44,146 bases of DNA from an uncultured beta proteobacterium (GTDB lineage Bacteria > Pseudomonadota > Gammaproteobacteria > Burkholderiales > Burkholderiaceae_C), in contig CAIPBW010000160.1 in the NCBI GenBank assembly GCA_903863395.1, positions 1 through 44,146 on the forward strand, given 5' to 3'. Positions 36,649 to 44,146 of the stretch are shown in pieces. The notes beneath the pieces were generated by a model. It made no database searches. It saw only the letters and a program-made list of their open reading frames with translations, and was not told the DNA's origin. The position numbers and the translations under genes were made by a program. Numbering within the stretch: the stretch's first letter is position 1; each line of letters opens with the position of its first letter.

Positions 36649-36838
36649 GGCATCTTTCGCTCGCGGCGCAACCACTGATGGGGAACCTTCACCGGGCAGT
36701 TTGTTTGCAGCGTTTGAATGATCGGAAAAACCCGCGTACAAAGCCATCAGACAGTTCCGGTTTTCTTGTCGGAAGAGTCTGGTGAATTGTCAGAATATTC
36801 CTACCCTGGCATGGAGTGGCTGCCAGCGGTGCTCGCCC

Positions 36839-37055
36839 CGTCATCGCAAGGCCCGCACGCGTCCCGTCATCGTGAGGCCACGTACTCACCCCGTCATCGC
36901 GAGGCCGTCAGGCCGTGGCGATCCATGACTTCATGCCCGCATGGATTGCCGCGCTTCGCTCGCAATGACGGGGGAATGCATGGATTGCCGCGCTTCGCTC
37001 GCAATGACGGCCAAAGGACATGGGCTGCCGCGTCGCTTCGCTCCTCGCAGTGACG
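36839..37055. repeat. Cluster of CGTC-tagged REP-like palindromic elements
   Basis: Three left arms CGTCATCG(C/T)(A/G)AGGCC at 36839, 36865, 36892; three right arms ending CTCGCA(A/G)TGACG, two of them within an exact 33-bp direct repeat (36939-36971, 36978-37010). Confidence 0.85.
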
Positions 37056-37142
37056 AAACCTGGGTTGATGGTCCATTGGCCGTTTCGGCACCGAATCAGG
37101 GGCTCGCAAGGACGCGCTGAATTGTTATGGTTTACGCAGGTT

Positions 37143-38651
37143 TCAATTGGCTTCCAGGACTTCGAGCGTCCAGGGGGTCTTTTGCCAGGCGATGGTTTCT
37201 TCGCGCAGCAGGTGCGCCGATTGCGGATAGCGGGCGTCCCAGCCCGCGCGCCAGCGCAGGCGCACCACCTGGTCGTCGGTGGTGCTGCGCTCCAGCGCAA
37301 TGCCTTGCAGGTCGGGGTCGCGCCGGGCGTGGCACAAGATCACGGCCAGGCGCAGCGCCAGCAACTGCAGCGCCAGGCTCTCGTCGCTCAAGGCCGCTTC
37401 CACCTTGCGCAGCTTGCCCCGGTGGCCCAGCACCAGCAGGCTCAGGCGGTGCATTTCCGAGAGCGAAAAACCGATGGCGTCGGCGTTGTCGAGGATGTAG
37501 GCGCCGTGCTTGTGGTAGTCGCTATGCGAGATGTGGCTGCCGATTTCGTGCAGACGCGCCGCCCAATGCAGTTTGCGCGCCAGACGCTCGGGGTCGCCCA
37601 GGTCGCTCAATGTGGCTGCGCCCAATTGTTCCAGCAGTGCCACTGCAACCTTGCCCACCCGCTCGCCATGCGCAACATCCACGTTGAACTTGGCGGCCAG
37701 GCGGCCCACGCTCTTGCTGCGCAGGTCGCCGCTGGAGCCGGTGCTGCCCAGCAAATCGCAGATCAGGCCGTGGCGCAGGCCACCGGTTGCCATTTGCATG
37801 CTGTTGATGCCCAGCAGTTTGAACACCGCACGGATCACGCTGATGCCGCCGCCAATGATGGCCTTGCGGTCTTCGCGCATGCCCGCCATGCGCAGGCGAT
37901 CCACGCTTTGGGTGGTAATCAGTTTTTCCAGCAGCCAGTCCAGGCCGTCCTGCGAAATGCTGCCCGACGGCCAGCCTGCAGCCACCAGCACGTCACCAAT
38001 GGCACCCACGGTGCCGGCCGAGCCGTAGGCGCTGTCCCATTTGTCGGGGTGGTAGGTGTCAAACGCTTCGTCCATCACGGCGGTGGCGGCCACCTCGGCG
38101 ATTTCGAAGGCGCGTTTGGTGAACAGTCCATCGGGGAAAAACCGCTTCGACCAGGCAATGCTGCCCACGCGGTACGACTCCATGGCGCTCGGCGTGATGC
38201 CCTGGCCCAGGATCAGTTCGGTTGAGCGCCCGCCAATATCGACCACCAAGCGGCGCTCGTCGCTTTGCGGCAGCATGTTGGAGACGCCCTGATAAATCAG
38301 GCGTGCTTCCTCGCGGCCGGAAATCACGTTGATCGGAAAGCCCAGCACGGCGGTGGCGCGCTGCAGGAATACATCGCGGTTACGCGCTTCGCGCAGGGTC
38401 TGGGTTGCCACTGCGCGTACCTCCGAGGGTTTGAAGCCCGCCAAGCGCTCGCCAAAGCGCGCCAGACAGTCCCAGCCGTCCTGCATGGCCTCGGCTGTGA
38501 GGTTGCGCTCGACATCCATGCCGCCGCCCTGGCGCACGGTTTCCTTGAGGTATTCGGTGCGGCGGAAGGCACCGTGCTCTACGCGTCCAATTTCGAGTCG
38601 AAAGCTGTTGGACCCCAGGTCCACGGCGGCTAGGCGGTTTCCGGTTTGCAT
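37143..38651 (-). CDS. ppx: Exopolyphosphatase (Ppx/GppA family)
   Basis: AAVDLGSNSFRL, VATQTLREA, ISGREEARL, DIGGRSTE, LHEIG C-terminal HD-like domain. Confidence 0.95.
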   Translation of the reverse strand: MQTGNRLAAVDLGSNSFRLEIGRVEHGAFRRTEYLKETVRQGGGMDVERNLTAEAMQDGWDCLARFGERLAGFKPSEVRAVATQTLREARNRDVFLQRATAVLGFPINVISGREEARLIYQGVSNMLPQSDERRLVVDIGGRSTELILGQGITPSAMESYRVGSIAWSKRFFPDGLFTKRAFEIAEVAATAVMDEAFDTYHPDKWDSAYGSAGTVGAIGDVLVAAGWPSGSISQDGLDWLLEKLITTQSVDRLRMAGMREDRKAIIGGGISVIRAVFKLLGINSMQMATGGLRHGLICDLLGSTGSSGDLRSKSVGRLAAKFNVDVAHGERVGKVAVALLEQLGAATLSDLGDPERLARKLHWAARLHEIGSHISHSDYHKHGAYILDNADAIGFSLSEMHRLSLLVLGHRGKLRKVEAALSDESLALQLLALRLAVILCHARRDPDLQGIALERSTTDDQVVRLRWRAGWDARYPQSAHLLREETIAWQKTPWTLEVLEAN

Positions 38652-38782
38652 GTAATGTTTGGTTTGGCGGTGGGTCGGTGGCCGCCAAAGCATAGCACCC
38701 ACCCCCTTGCCGGAGACAATTTTCCTCGGCACCGGCGCGATGCCGGTGCCACGCCCAGGACCGGGTCCGGGGCGCACGCGAG

Positions 38783-39286
38783 TTATTTCTTGACCGGTGG
38801 CAGTAGCACCGTGTCAATGATGTGCACCACACCGTTGGTGGCCAGAATGTCGGTCTGGGTGGTGGCGGCGCTCTCTACCGTAATGAATTCACCCGCCTTG
38901 GAGATGGCAATATCCGCGCCATGGAGCGTCTTGGCGTTGCTGTTCTTCACGTCGGCAGCCAGGGATTTGCCTGCAATCACGTGGTAGGTCAAAACTGCCT
39001 TGAGCTTGTCCGGGTGCTTGGCCAGATCTTCCATGGTCTTGGCTGGCACTGCCTTGAAGGCTTCATTGTTGGGGGCAAAGACGGTGTAGGGGCCAACTCC
39101 TTGCAGCGTGCTGGTCAGGCCGGACGATGCCACCAAGCCCTGCAAGGTGCTTAGCGACGGTGTCTTGGCAATGGTGTCGGCCAGGTTCACGGGGGCCGGA
39201 ACGCTGGCGCAGCCCGCCAGAACGGTGACCAGGGCCGCAGCCAGGGCGCTACGCCGAGTTGCGGTGAAGGATGCGAAAGTCGTCAT
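38783..39286 (-). CDS. Fasciclin (FAS1) domain lipoprotein
   Basis: TRR...LAGC signal; YTVFAPNNEAF, LTYHV, NGVVHIIDTVL; GGAG SD. Confidence 0.93.
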   Translation of the reverse strand: MTTFASFTATRRSALAAALVTVLAGCASVPAPVNLADTIAKTPSLSTLQGLVASSGLTSTLQGVGPYTVFAPNNEAFKAVPAKTMEDLAKHPDKLKAVLTYHVIAGKSLAADVKNSNAKTLHGADIAISKAGEFITVESAATTQTDILATNGVVHIIDTVLLPPVKK

Positions 39287-39313
39287 GGTTGCTTCTCCGT
39301 GTGAAAAACCCGA

Positions 39314-39369
39314 AGCGTAGGAACTATTTGTGACAAGGCTGTGACACGGCGTTGAAAGTTGCGTGACAG
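39314..39369 (-). promoter_or_regulatory. Four-unit Pho box promoter of the fasciclin gene (CTGTCAC/CTTTCAA/GTGTCAC/TTGTCAC, 10 bp, TACGCT)
   Basis: Heptamers at 39330, 39341, 39352, 39363 in exact 11-bp phase. Confidence 0.85.
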
Positions 39370-39399
39370 ATCGGGAAATGCCCGAAAGTGATTTGGGGT

Positions 39400-39433
39400 A
39401 TGTCACGGAGTTGTCATAAAACTTTCTTAAAGT
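39400..39433 (+). promoter_or_regulatory. Pho-box promoter of pstS (ATGTCAC-GGAG-TTGTCAT, 10 bp, TAAAGT)
   Basis: Canonical position upstream of pstS. Confidence 0.9.
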
Positions 39434-39469
39434 CCACGCATTCACTTCTCAACCAACCGAGGGTTTCAC

Positions 39470-40513
39470 ATGCAAATCGCTTTCAAATTACCGCTGTTGT
39501 CGCTCGCCGTGGCCTGCATAGGGGGCTTTGCTGGTGTCGCCAGCGGCCAGGAAATTACCGGAGCGGGCGCAACCTTCCCCGCTCCCATTTACGCCAAATG
39601 GGCGTCTGACTACCACAAGGCCACCGGCGTGAAGGTCAACTACCAGTCCATCGGTTCGGGCGGCGGCATCAAGCAGATTGACTCCAAGACGGTGGACTTT
39701 GGTGCTTCCGATATGCCCCAGACCGATGAGGTACTCAAGGCCAAGGGCCAGGTCCAGTTTCCGACCGTGATTGGTGGCACCGTGCCAGTGATCAACGTCA
39801 AGGGCATTGCACCGGGCCAGATGCGCCTGGACAGCCAGACGCTGGGCGACATTTACCTGGGCAAGATCACGCGCTGGAACGATGCGGCGCTCAAGGCCCT
39901 CAACCCCGGCCTGGCATTGCCTGATGCGGCCATCGCGCCGGTGCGCCGTGCCGATGGTTCGGGAACCACGTTTAACTTCACCAACTACCTCAGCCGCGTC
40001 CACCCCGAGTGGAAAGCCAAGGTGGGTGAGGGCACGGCAGTCAACTGGCCGGTGGGTGCGGGTGGCAAGGGCAACGAAGGCGTGGCCGCGTTTGTCAACC
40101 GTTTGCCCAACTCGATTGGCTATGTGGAATATTCCTACGTCAAGCAAAACAAGATGACCTACACCCTGCTGAAAAACCGGGATGGCCAATTTGTGGCCCC
40201 GGACGAAGCCGCCTTCAAGGCTGCCGCGGCAGGTGCAGACTGGAACAAGTCGTTCTACCAGATCATTACCGACCAGCCGGGCAAGTCCACCTGGCCGATT
40301 TCGACCGCGACCTACATCCTGATGCACGCCAAGCAGGACAAGCCCGCCAACGCCTCGGAAGCGCTCAAGTTCTTTAACTGGGCCTATGCCAATGGTGACA
40401 AGGCCGCCAGCGACCTGGACTATGTAGCCTTGCCGGACTCGGTCGTGGCACTGATTCAGAAGTCCTGGGGCGAAATCAAGGACGGCGCTGGCAAGCCCGT
40501 CGCTTTCAAGTAA
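39470..40513 (+). CDS. pstS: Phosphate ABC transporter substrate-binding protein
   Basis: GAGATFP, YQSIGSGGG, DFGASD, RADGSGTT. Confidence 0.97.
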   Translation: MQIAFKLPLLSLAVACIGGFAGVASGQEITGAGATFPAPIYAKWASDYHKATGVKVNYQSIGSGGGIKQIDSKTVDFGASDMPQTDEVLKAKGQVQFPTVIGGTVPVINVKGIAPGQMRLDSQTLGDIYLGKITRWNDAALKALNPGLALPDAAIAPVRRADGSGTTFNFTNYLSRVHPEWKAKVGEGTAVNWPVGAGGKGNEGVAAFVNRLPNSIGYVEYSYVKQNKMTYTLLKNRDGQFVAPDEAAFKAAAAGADWNKSFYQIITDQPGKSTWPISTATYILMHAKQDKPANASEALKFFNWAYANGDKAASDLDYVALPDSVVALIQKSWGEIKDGAGKPVAFK

Positions 40514-40552
40514 TAGCGCAAAGCGCATCGGGCAATGCCAGGGGCACAATCC

Positions 40553-41575
40553 ATGTCATCTACACTTACCCAAGACGATCTGCCCTTAGCAACCCATCCA
40601 GTGCAAGCCATGATTCAGCCGCCACCCCACAAGCGGGCCCACTCTGGGCCGCTGCTAGACCGCCTCTTTGGCTGGGCGGCCAAGGGCGCGGCGATTCTGA
40701 CGCTACTGCTACTGCTGGCGATCCTGACCTCGCTCACCATCAGCGCCTGGCCCGCCATTGACAAATACGGGCTGGGCTTTTTGACCCGGACCGTGTGGGA
40801 CCCGGTGCAGGAAGACTTTGGCGGCCTGGTGATGATTTATGGCACGGTAGCCACTTCGCTGATTGCGCTGCTGATTGCGGTGCCGGTAAGTTTTGGCATT
40901 GCGCTGTTTCTGACCGAGTTGTCTCCTGCCTGGCTCAAGCGCCCGCTGGGTACGGCCATTGAACTGCTGGCAGCGGTGCCCTCCATCGTCTATGGCATGT
41001 GGGGCTTGCTGGTGTTTGGCCCGGTACTGGCCACCTATGTGCAGCAGCCGCTGCAGGCGGCGCTTGCGGGCGTGCCCTACCTGGGCGCTTTTGTGTCCGG
41101 GCCGCCGGTGGGCATTGGTATTCTGTCGGCCGGCATCATTCTGGCCATCATGATCATTCCGTTCATTTCGGCGGTGATGCGTGATGTGTTTGAAGTCACC
41201 CCACCGCTGCTCAAGGAGTCGGCCTACGGCCTGGGTGCTACCACCTGGGAGGTAGTCTCCAAGGTGGTTCTGCCCTTCACCAAGACCGGAGTGATTGGCG
41301 GCATCATGCTGGGGCTGGGGCGCGCCATTGGCGAGACCATGGCCGTAACCTTTGTGATCGGAAACTTCAACCAGCTCGATTCGCTCAGCCTGTTCCAGGC
41401 CGCCAATAGCATTACCTCGGCCCTGGCCAATGAGTTTGCCGAAGCGGGCGAGGGCTTGCACCAAGCTTCGCTGATGTACCTGGGCCTGGTGCTGTTCTTC
41501 ATAACCTTTGTGATCCTGGCGCTTTCCAAGGCATTGCTGTCGCAACTGCGCAAGGGCGAGGGCGTAAAAACATGA
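40553..41575 (+). CDS. pstC: Phosphate ABC transporter permease
   Basis: [33 protein letters not shown]; start 40535 or 40553. Confidence 0.96.
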   Translation: MSSTLTQDDLPLATHPVQAMIQPPPHKRAHSGPLLDRLFGWAAKGAAILTLLLLLAILTSLTISAWPAIDKYGLGFLTRTVWDPVQEDFGGLVMIYGTVATSLIALLIAVPVSFGIALFLTELSPAWLKRPLGTAIELLAAVPSIVYGMWGLLVFGPVLATYVQQPLQAALAGVPYLGAFVSGPPVGIGILSAGIILAIMIIPFISAVMRDVFEVTPPLLKESAYGLGATTWEVVSKVVLPFTKTGVIGGIMLGLGRAIGETMAVTFVIGNFNQLDSLSLFQAANSITSALANEFAEAGEGLHQASLMYLGLVLFFITFVILALSKALLSQLRKGEGVKT

Positions 41576-42438
41576 GTACCACCACCTCCTCATCTGCTGC
41601 GCGTGCGGGCAAGTTTGCCCAGCGCAAGCGCGTCAACCAGATTGCCACCACACTGGCGCTGCTGGCCATGGCCTTCGGGCTGTTCTGGTTGTTCTGGATT
41701 TTGTGGGAAACGATGTTGCTGGGCTTTGAAGGCATGACGATTGCCACGCTCACCCAGATGACGCCGCCCCCCAACGAAGAAGGGGGCCTGGCCAACGCCA
41801 TCTATGGCTCGTTCCTGATGGTCACGCTGGCCACCTGCGTGGGCACACCCGTGGGCGTGATGGCGGGCATCTACCTGGCCGAATTCGATACCAAGAGCTG
41901 GCTTGCATCGCTCACCCGGTTTGTCAACGACATTCTGCTCTCGGCCCCCTCCATCGTGATCGGCCTGTTTGTGTATGCGGTGGTGGTTTCGCGCTTCAAG
42001 TCGTTCTCGGGGTATGCCGGCATCATCGCGCTTTCACTGATCGTGATTCCGGTGGTGATTCGCACCACCGAGAACATGCTGCAACTCGTCCCCGCCGGTC
42101 TGCGCGAAGCGGCCTATGCATTGGGCGCGCCCAAGTGGAAAGTCATTCTGAGCATCACGCTCAAGGCGGCCCGCGCCGGGGTGATAACCGGCGTGCTGCT
42201 GGCGGTGGCGCGCATTGCGGGTGAAACCGCGCCGTTGCTGTTCACCGCGCTGAGCAACCAGTTCTGGACCAGCAGCCTGAGCGAGCCGATGGCGAGTCTG
42301 CCCGTCACCATCTTCAAGTTCGCCATGAGCCCGTACGAGAACTGGCAGAAGTTGGCCTGGGCTGGCGTGTTCCTGATCACGCTGGCGGTGCTGGGCCTCA
42401 ACATCGTGGCACGCGTTCTGACGCGCAGCAAACTCTGA
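41572..42438 (+). CDS. pstA: Phosphate ABC transporter permease
   Basis: [32 protein letters not shown]. Confidence 0.96.
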   Translation: MSTTTSSSAARAGKFAQRKRVNQIATTLALLAMAFGLFWLFWILWETMLLGFEGMTIATLTQMTPPPNEEGGLANAIYGSFLMVTLATCVGTPVGVMAGIYLAEFDTKSWLASLTRFVNDILLSAPSIVIGLFVYAVVVSRFKSFSGYAGIIALSLIVIPVVIRTTENMLQLVPAGLREAAYALGAPKWKVILSITLKAARAGVITGVLLAVARIAGETAPLLFTALSNQFWTSSLSEPMASLPVTIFKFAMSPYENWQKLAWAGVFLITLAVLGLNIVARVLTRSKL

Positions 42439-42473
42439 GTTGCCGCGCAGCCAACCCTTTACCAAGATACATC

Positions 42474-43250
42474 ATGAATATCGCCACCGCTGCTGCAAGA
42501 ACCAAGATTTCGATCCAGGACTTGAACTTCTTCTACGGAAAGTTCCACGCCCTCAAGGGCATCAACCTGGACATCCCCGAAAAAAAGGTCACAGCCTTCA
42601 TCGGCCCCTCGGGCTGCGGCAAGTCCACGCTGCTGCGCGTGCTCAACCGCATGTTTGAACTCTACCCCGAGCAACACGCCCAGGGCAAGGTCTTGCTCGA
42701 TGACCAGGACCTGCTCACCAGCAAGGAAGACGTGTCCTTGCTGCGCGCGCGTGTGGGCATGGTGTTCCAGAAGCCCACACCGTTTCCGATGTCTATCTTT
42801 GACAATATTGCCTTTGGCGTGAAGCTGTTTGAGTCGCTCAACGCCACCGACATGGAGGAGCGCGTCGAGTGGGCCTTGCGCAAGGCGGCGCTGTGGGGCG
42901 AGGTCAAGGACAAGCTCACCCAAAGCGGCTCCAGCCTGTCGGGCGGGCAACAGCAGCGCCTGTGCATTGCGCGTGGCATTGCGATCAAGCCCGAAGTACT
43001 GCTGCTCGATGAGCCCTGCTCGGCGCTGGACCCGATTTCCACTGCCAAGGTGGAAGAGCTGATCGTCGAACTCAAGGCCGACTACACGGTGGTCATCGTC
43101 ACCCACAATATGCAGCAGGCTGCGCGCTGCAGCGACCACACGGCCTACATGTACCTGGGCGACCTGATGGAGTTTGGCACCACCGAACAGATGTTCTTCA
43201 AGCCCACGCGCAAGGAAACCGAAGACTACATCACTGGACGATTTGGCTAA
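42474..43250 (+). CDS. pstB: Phosphate ABC transporter ATPase
   Basis: [35 protein letters not shown]. Confidence 0.97.
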   Translation: MNIATAAARTKISIQDLNFFYGKFHALKGINLDIPEKKVTAFIGPSGCGKSTLLRVLNRMFELYPEQHAQGKVLLDDQDLLTSKEDVSLLRARVGMVFQKPTPFPMSIFDNIAFGVKLFESLNATDMEERVEWALRKAALWGEVKDKLTQSGSSLSGGQQQRLCIARGIAIKPEVLLLDEPCSALDPISTAKVEELIVELKADYTVVIVTHNMQQAARCSDHTAYMYLGDLMEFGTTEQMFFKPTRKETEDYITGRFG

Positions 43251-43262
43251 AGAGGAACAACC

Positions 43263-43964
43263 ATGCCTGAAAAACACTTATCCACCCAGTTCGACAGCGA
43301 GTTGACCTCGGTTTCCACCAAGGTCATGGAGTTGGGCGGGCTGGTCGAATCGCAGATTCGCCAGGCCATTTACGCGCTCTCGCAGTTCAGCGTCGAAGCC
43401 GCCGACGAGGTGTCCGACAAAGAGCACCGCGTCAACACGATGGAGATCGAGATTGACCATGATCTCTCATCCATCATCGCCAGGCGTCAGCCCACGGCGC
43501 GCGATCTGCGCCTGTTGATTGCCATCTCCAAGACCACGGCCAATCTGGAGCGCGTGGGCGACGAGGCCGAAAAAATCGCGCGCATGGTGCGCTCCATCAT
43601 CCAAAGCGGCACACCGCGCTCGCTGCCCTCGCTGGAGTTGCGGGTAGCAGCAGATCTGGCGTCGGGCCTGCTCAACAAGGCGTTGGATGCGTTTGCACGC
43701 CTGGATGTGACTGCTGCCGTAGCCATCCTGAAGGAAGACGACCTGATCGACCAGGAGTTCAATGGTTTTGTGCGCAAGCTCGTCACCTACATGATGGAAG
43801 ACCCGCGCATGATTTCGCCCAGCCTGGATCTGCTGTTTCTGGCCAAGGCAATTGAGCGCATTGGTGACCACGCCAAGAACATCGCCGAGTTCATCATTTA
43901 TGTGGTCAAGGGCGAGGACGTGCGCCACTCGACCATGGAAAAAATCGAATCGGTCGTGAAATGA
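43263..43964 (+). CDS. phoU: Phosphate signalling complex protein PhoU
   Basis: RQPTARDLR, LERVGD, ERIGDHAKNIAE. Confidence 0.97.
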   Translation: MPEKHLSTQFDSELTSVSTKVMELGGLVESQIRQAIYALSQFSVEAADEVSDKEHRVNTMEIEIDHDLSSIIARRQPTARDLRLLIAISKTTANLERVGDEAEKIARMVRSIIQSGTPRSLPSLELRVAADLASGLLNKALDAFARLDVTAAVAILKEDDLIDQEFNGFVRKLVTYMMEDPRMISPSLDLLFLAKAIERIGDHAKNIAEFIIYVVKGEDVRHSTMEKIESVVK

Positions 43965-44146
43965 AACGAATGCCTGCGGTGCTGGTGGTGGAGGATGAGC
44001 CCGCAATTGCGGAACTTATCGCTGTCAACCTGCGCCACCATGGGTTTCGCCCCACCTGGGCGATGGACAGCGTTGGCGCGCAGTGCGAACTTGACGCGGG
44101 CCTGCCCGACCTGATTCTGCTGGACTGGATGTTGCCCGGCGAGAGC
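43961..44146 (+). CDS. phoB: Response regulator PhoB, N-terminal part (truncated by window end)
   Basis: ATGA overlap with phoU; MKRMPAVLVVEDEPAIAELIAVNL...PDLILLDWMLPGES. Confidence 0.92.
   Translation, partial: MKRMPAVLVVEDEPAIAELIAVNLRHHGFRPTWAMDSVGAQCELDAGLPDLILLDWMLPGES

Noticed and set aside
36649-36830. c-di-GMP riboswitch upstream of cheV
   Set aside because: The conserved c-di-GMP-I aptamer elements could not be found on the minus strand
36939-37055. 33-bp direct repeats as a CRISPR array
   Set aside because: Only two exact copies with a 6-bp gap, no spacer-length unique sequences and no cas genes; matches REP-like arms
38728-38750. GGCACCGGC hairpin as terminator between fasciclin and ppx
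   Set aside because: Perfect stem but no U-tract on the transcribed strand; function not supportable
1627-41593. Long antisense ORFs (e.g. 1627-2694, 12619-13800, 14327-15211, 20263-21360, 21712-23139, 35608-36678, 37020-38225, 39488-40549, 40709-41593)
   Set aside because: They lie opposite well-supported genes in GC-rich DNA and have no recognisable motifs

Overview
A phosphate-starvation (Pho regulon) island from a betaproteobacterium, probably Comamonadaceae judging from protein style (inference). It ends at the pstSCAB-phoU-phoB operon. It encodes four secreted phosphoesterase types (PhoA, Tat-lipoprotein PhoD, a calcineurin-like lipoprotein, 5'-nucleotidase) and polyphosphate enzymes (PPK2, PPX, CYTH-CHAD). 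It also carries a porin, a TonB/TonB-dependent receptor pair, a TPAT-type TRAP transporter (TatT-DctP-DctQM) and a membrane-lipid block (Ugd, GT4 glycosyltransferase, PlsC-like acyltransferase, LplT, Psd, a class-III aminotransferase, an Mpo1-like protein). An atypical pyruvate kinase, CheV, a fasciclin lipoprotein and a nested CGTC-type REP cluster are also present. About 16 promoters (a few weak) show a Pho-box heptamer exactly 10 bp upstream of a -10 hexamer, and three of them look leaderless. There are two best candidates for undescribed systems. (i) A Pho-controlled Mpo1-like/aminotransferase/Psd/TPAT module that may make or move a phosphorus-free lipid. (ii) A histone-H1-like protein and an orphan ParA linked by a shared 23-bp palindrome, possibly positioning polyphosphate granules.
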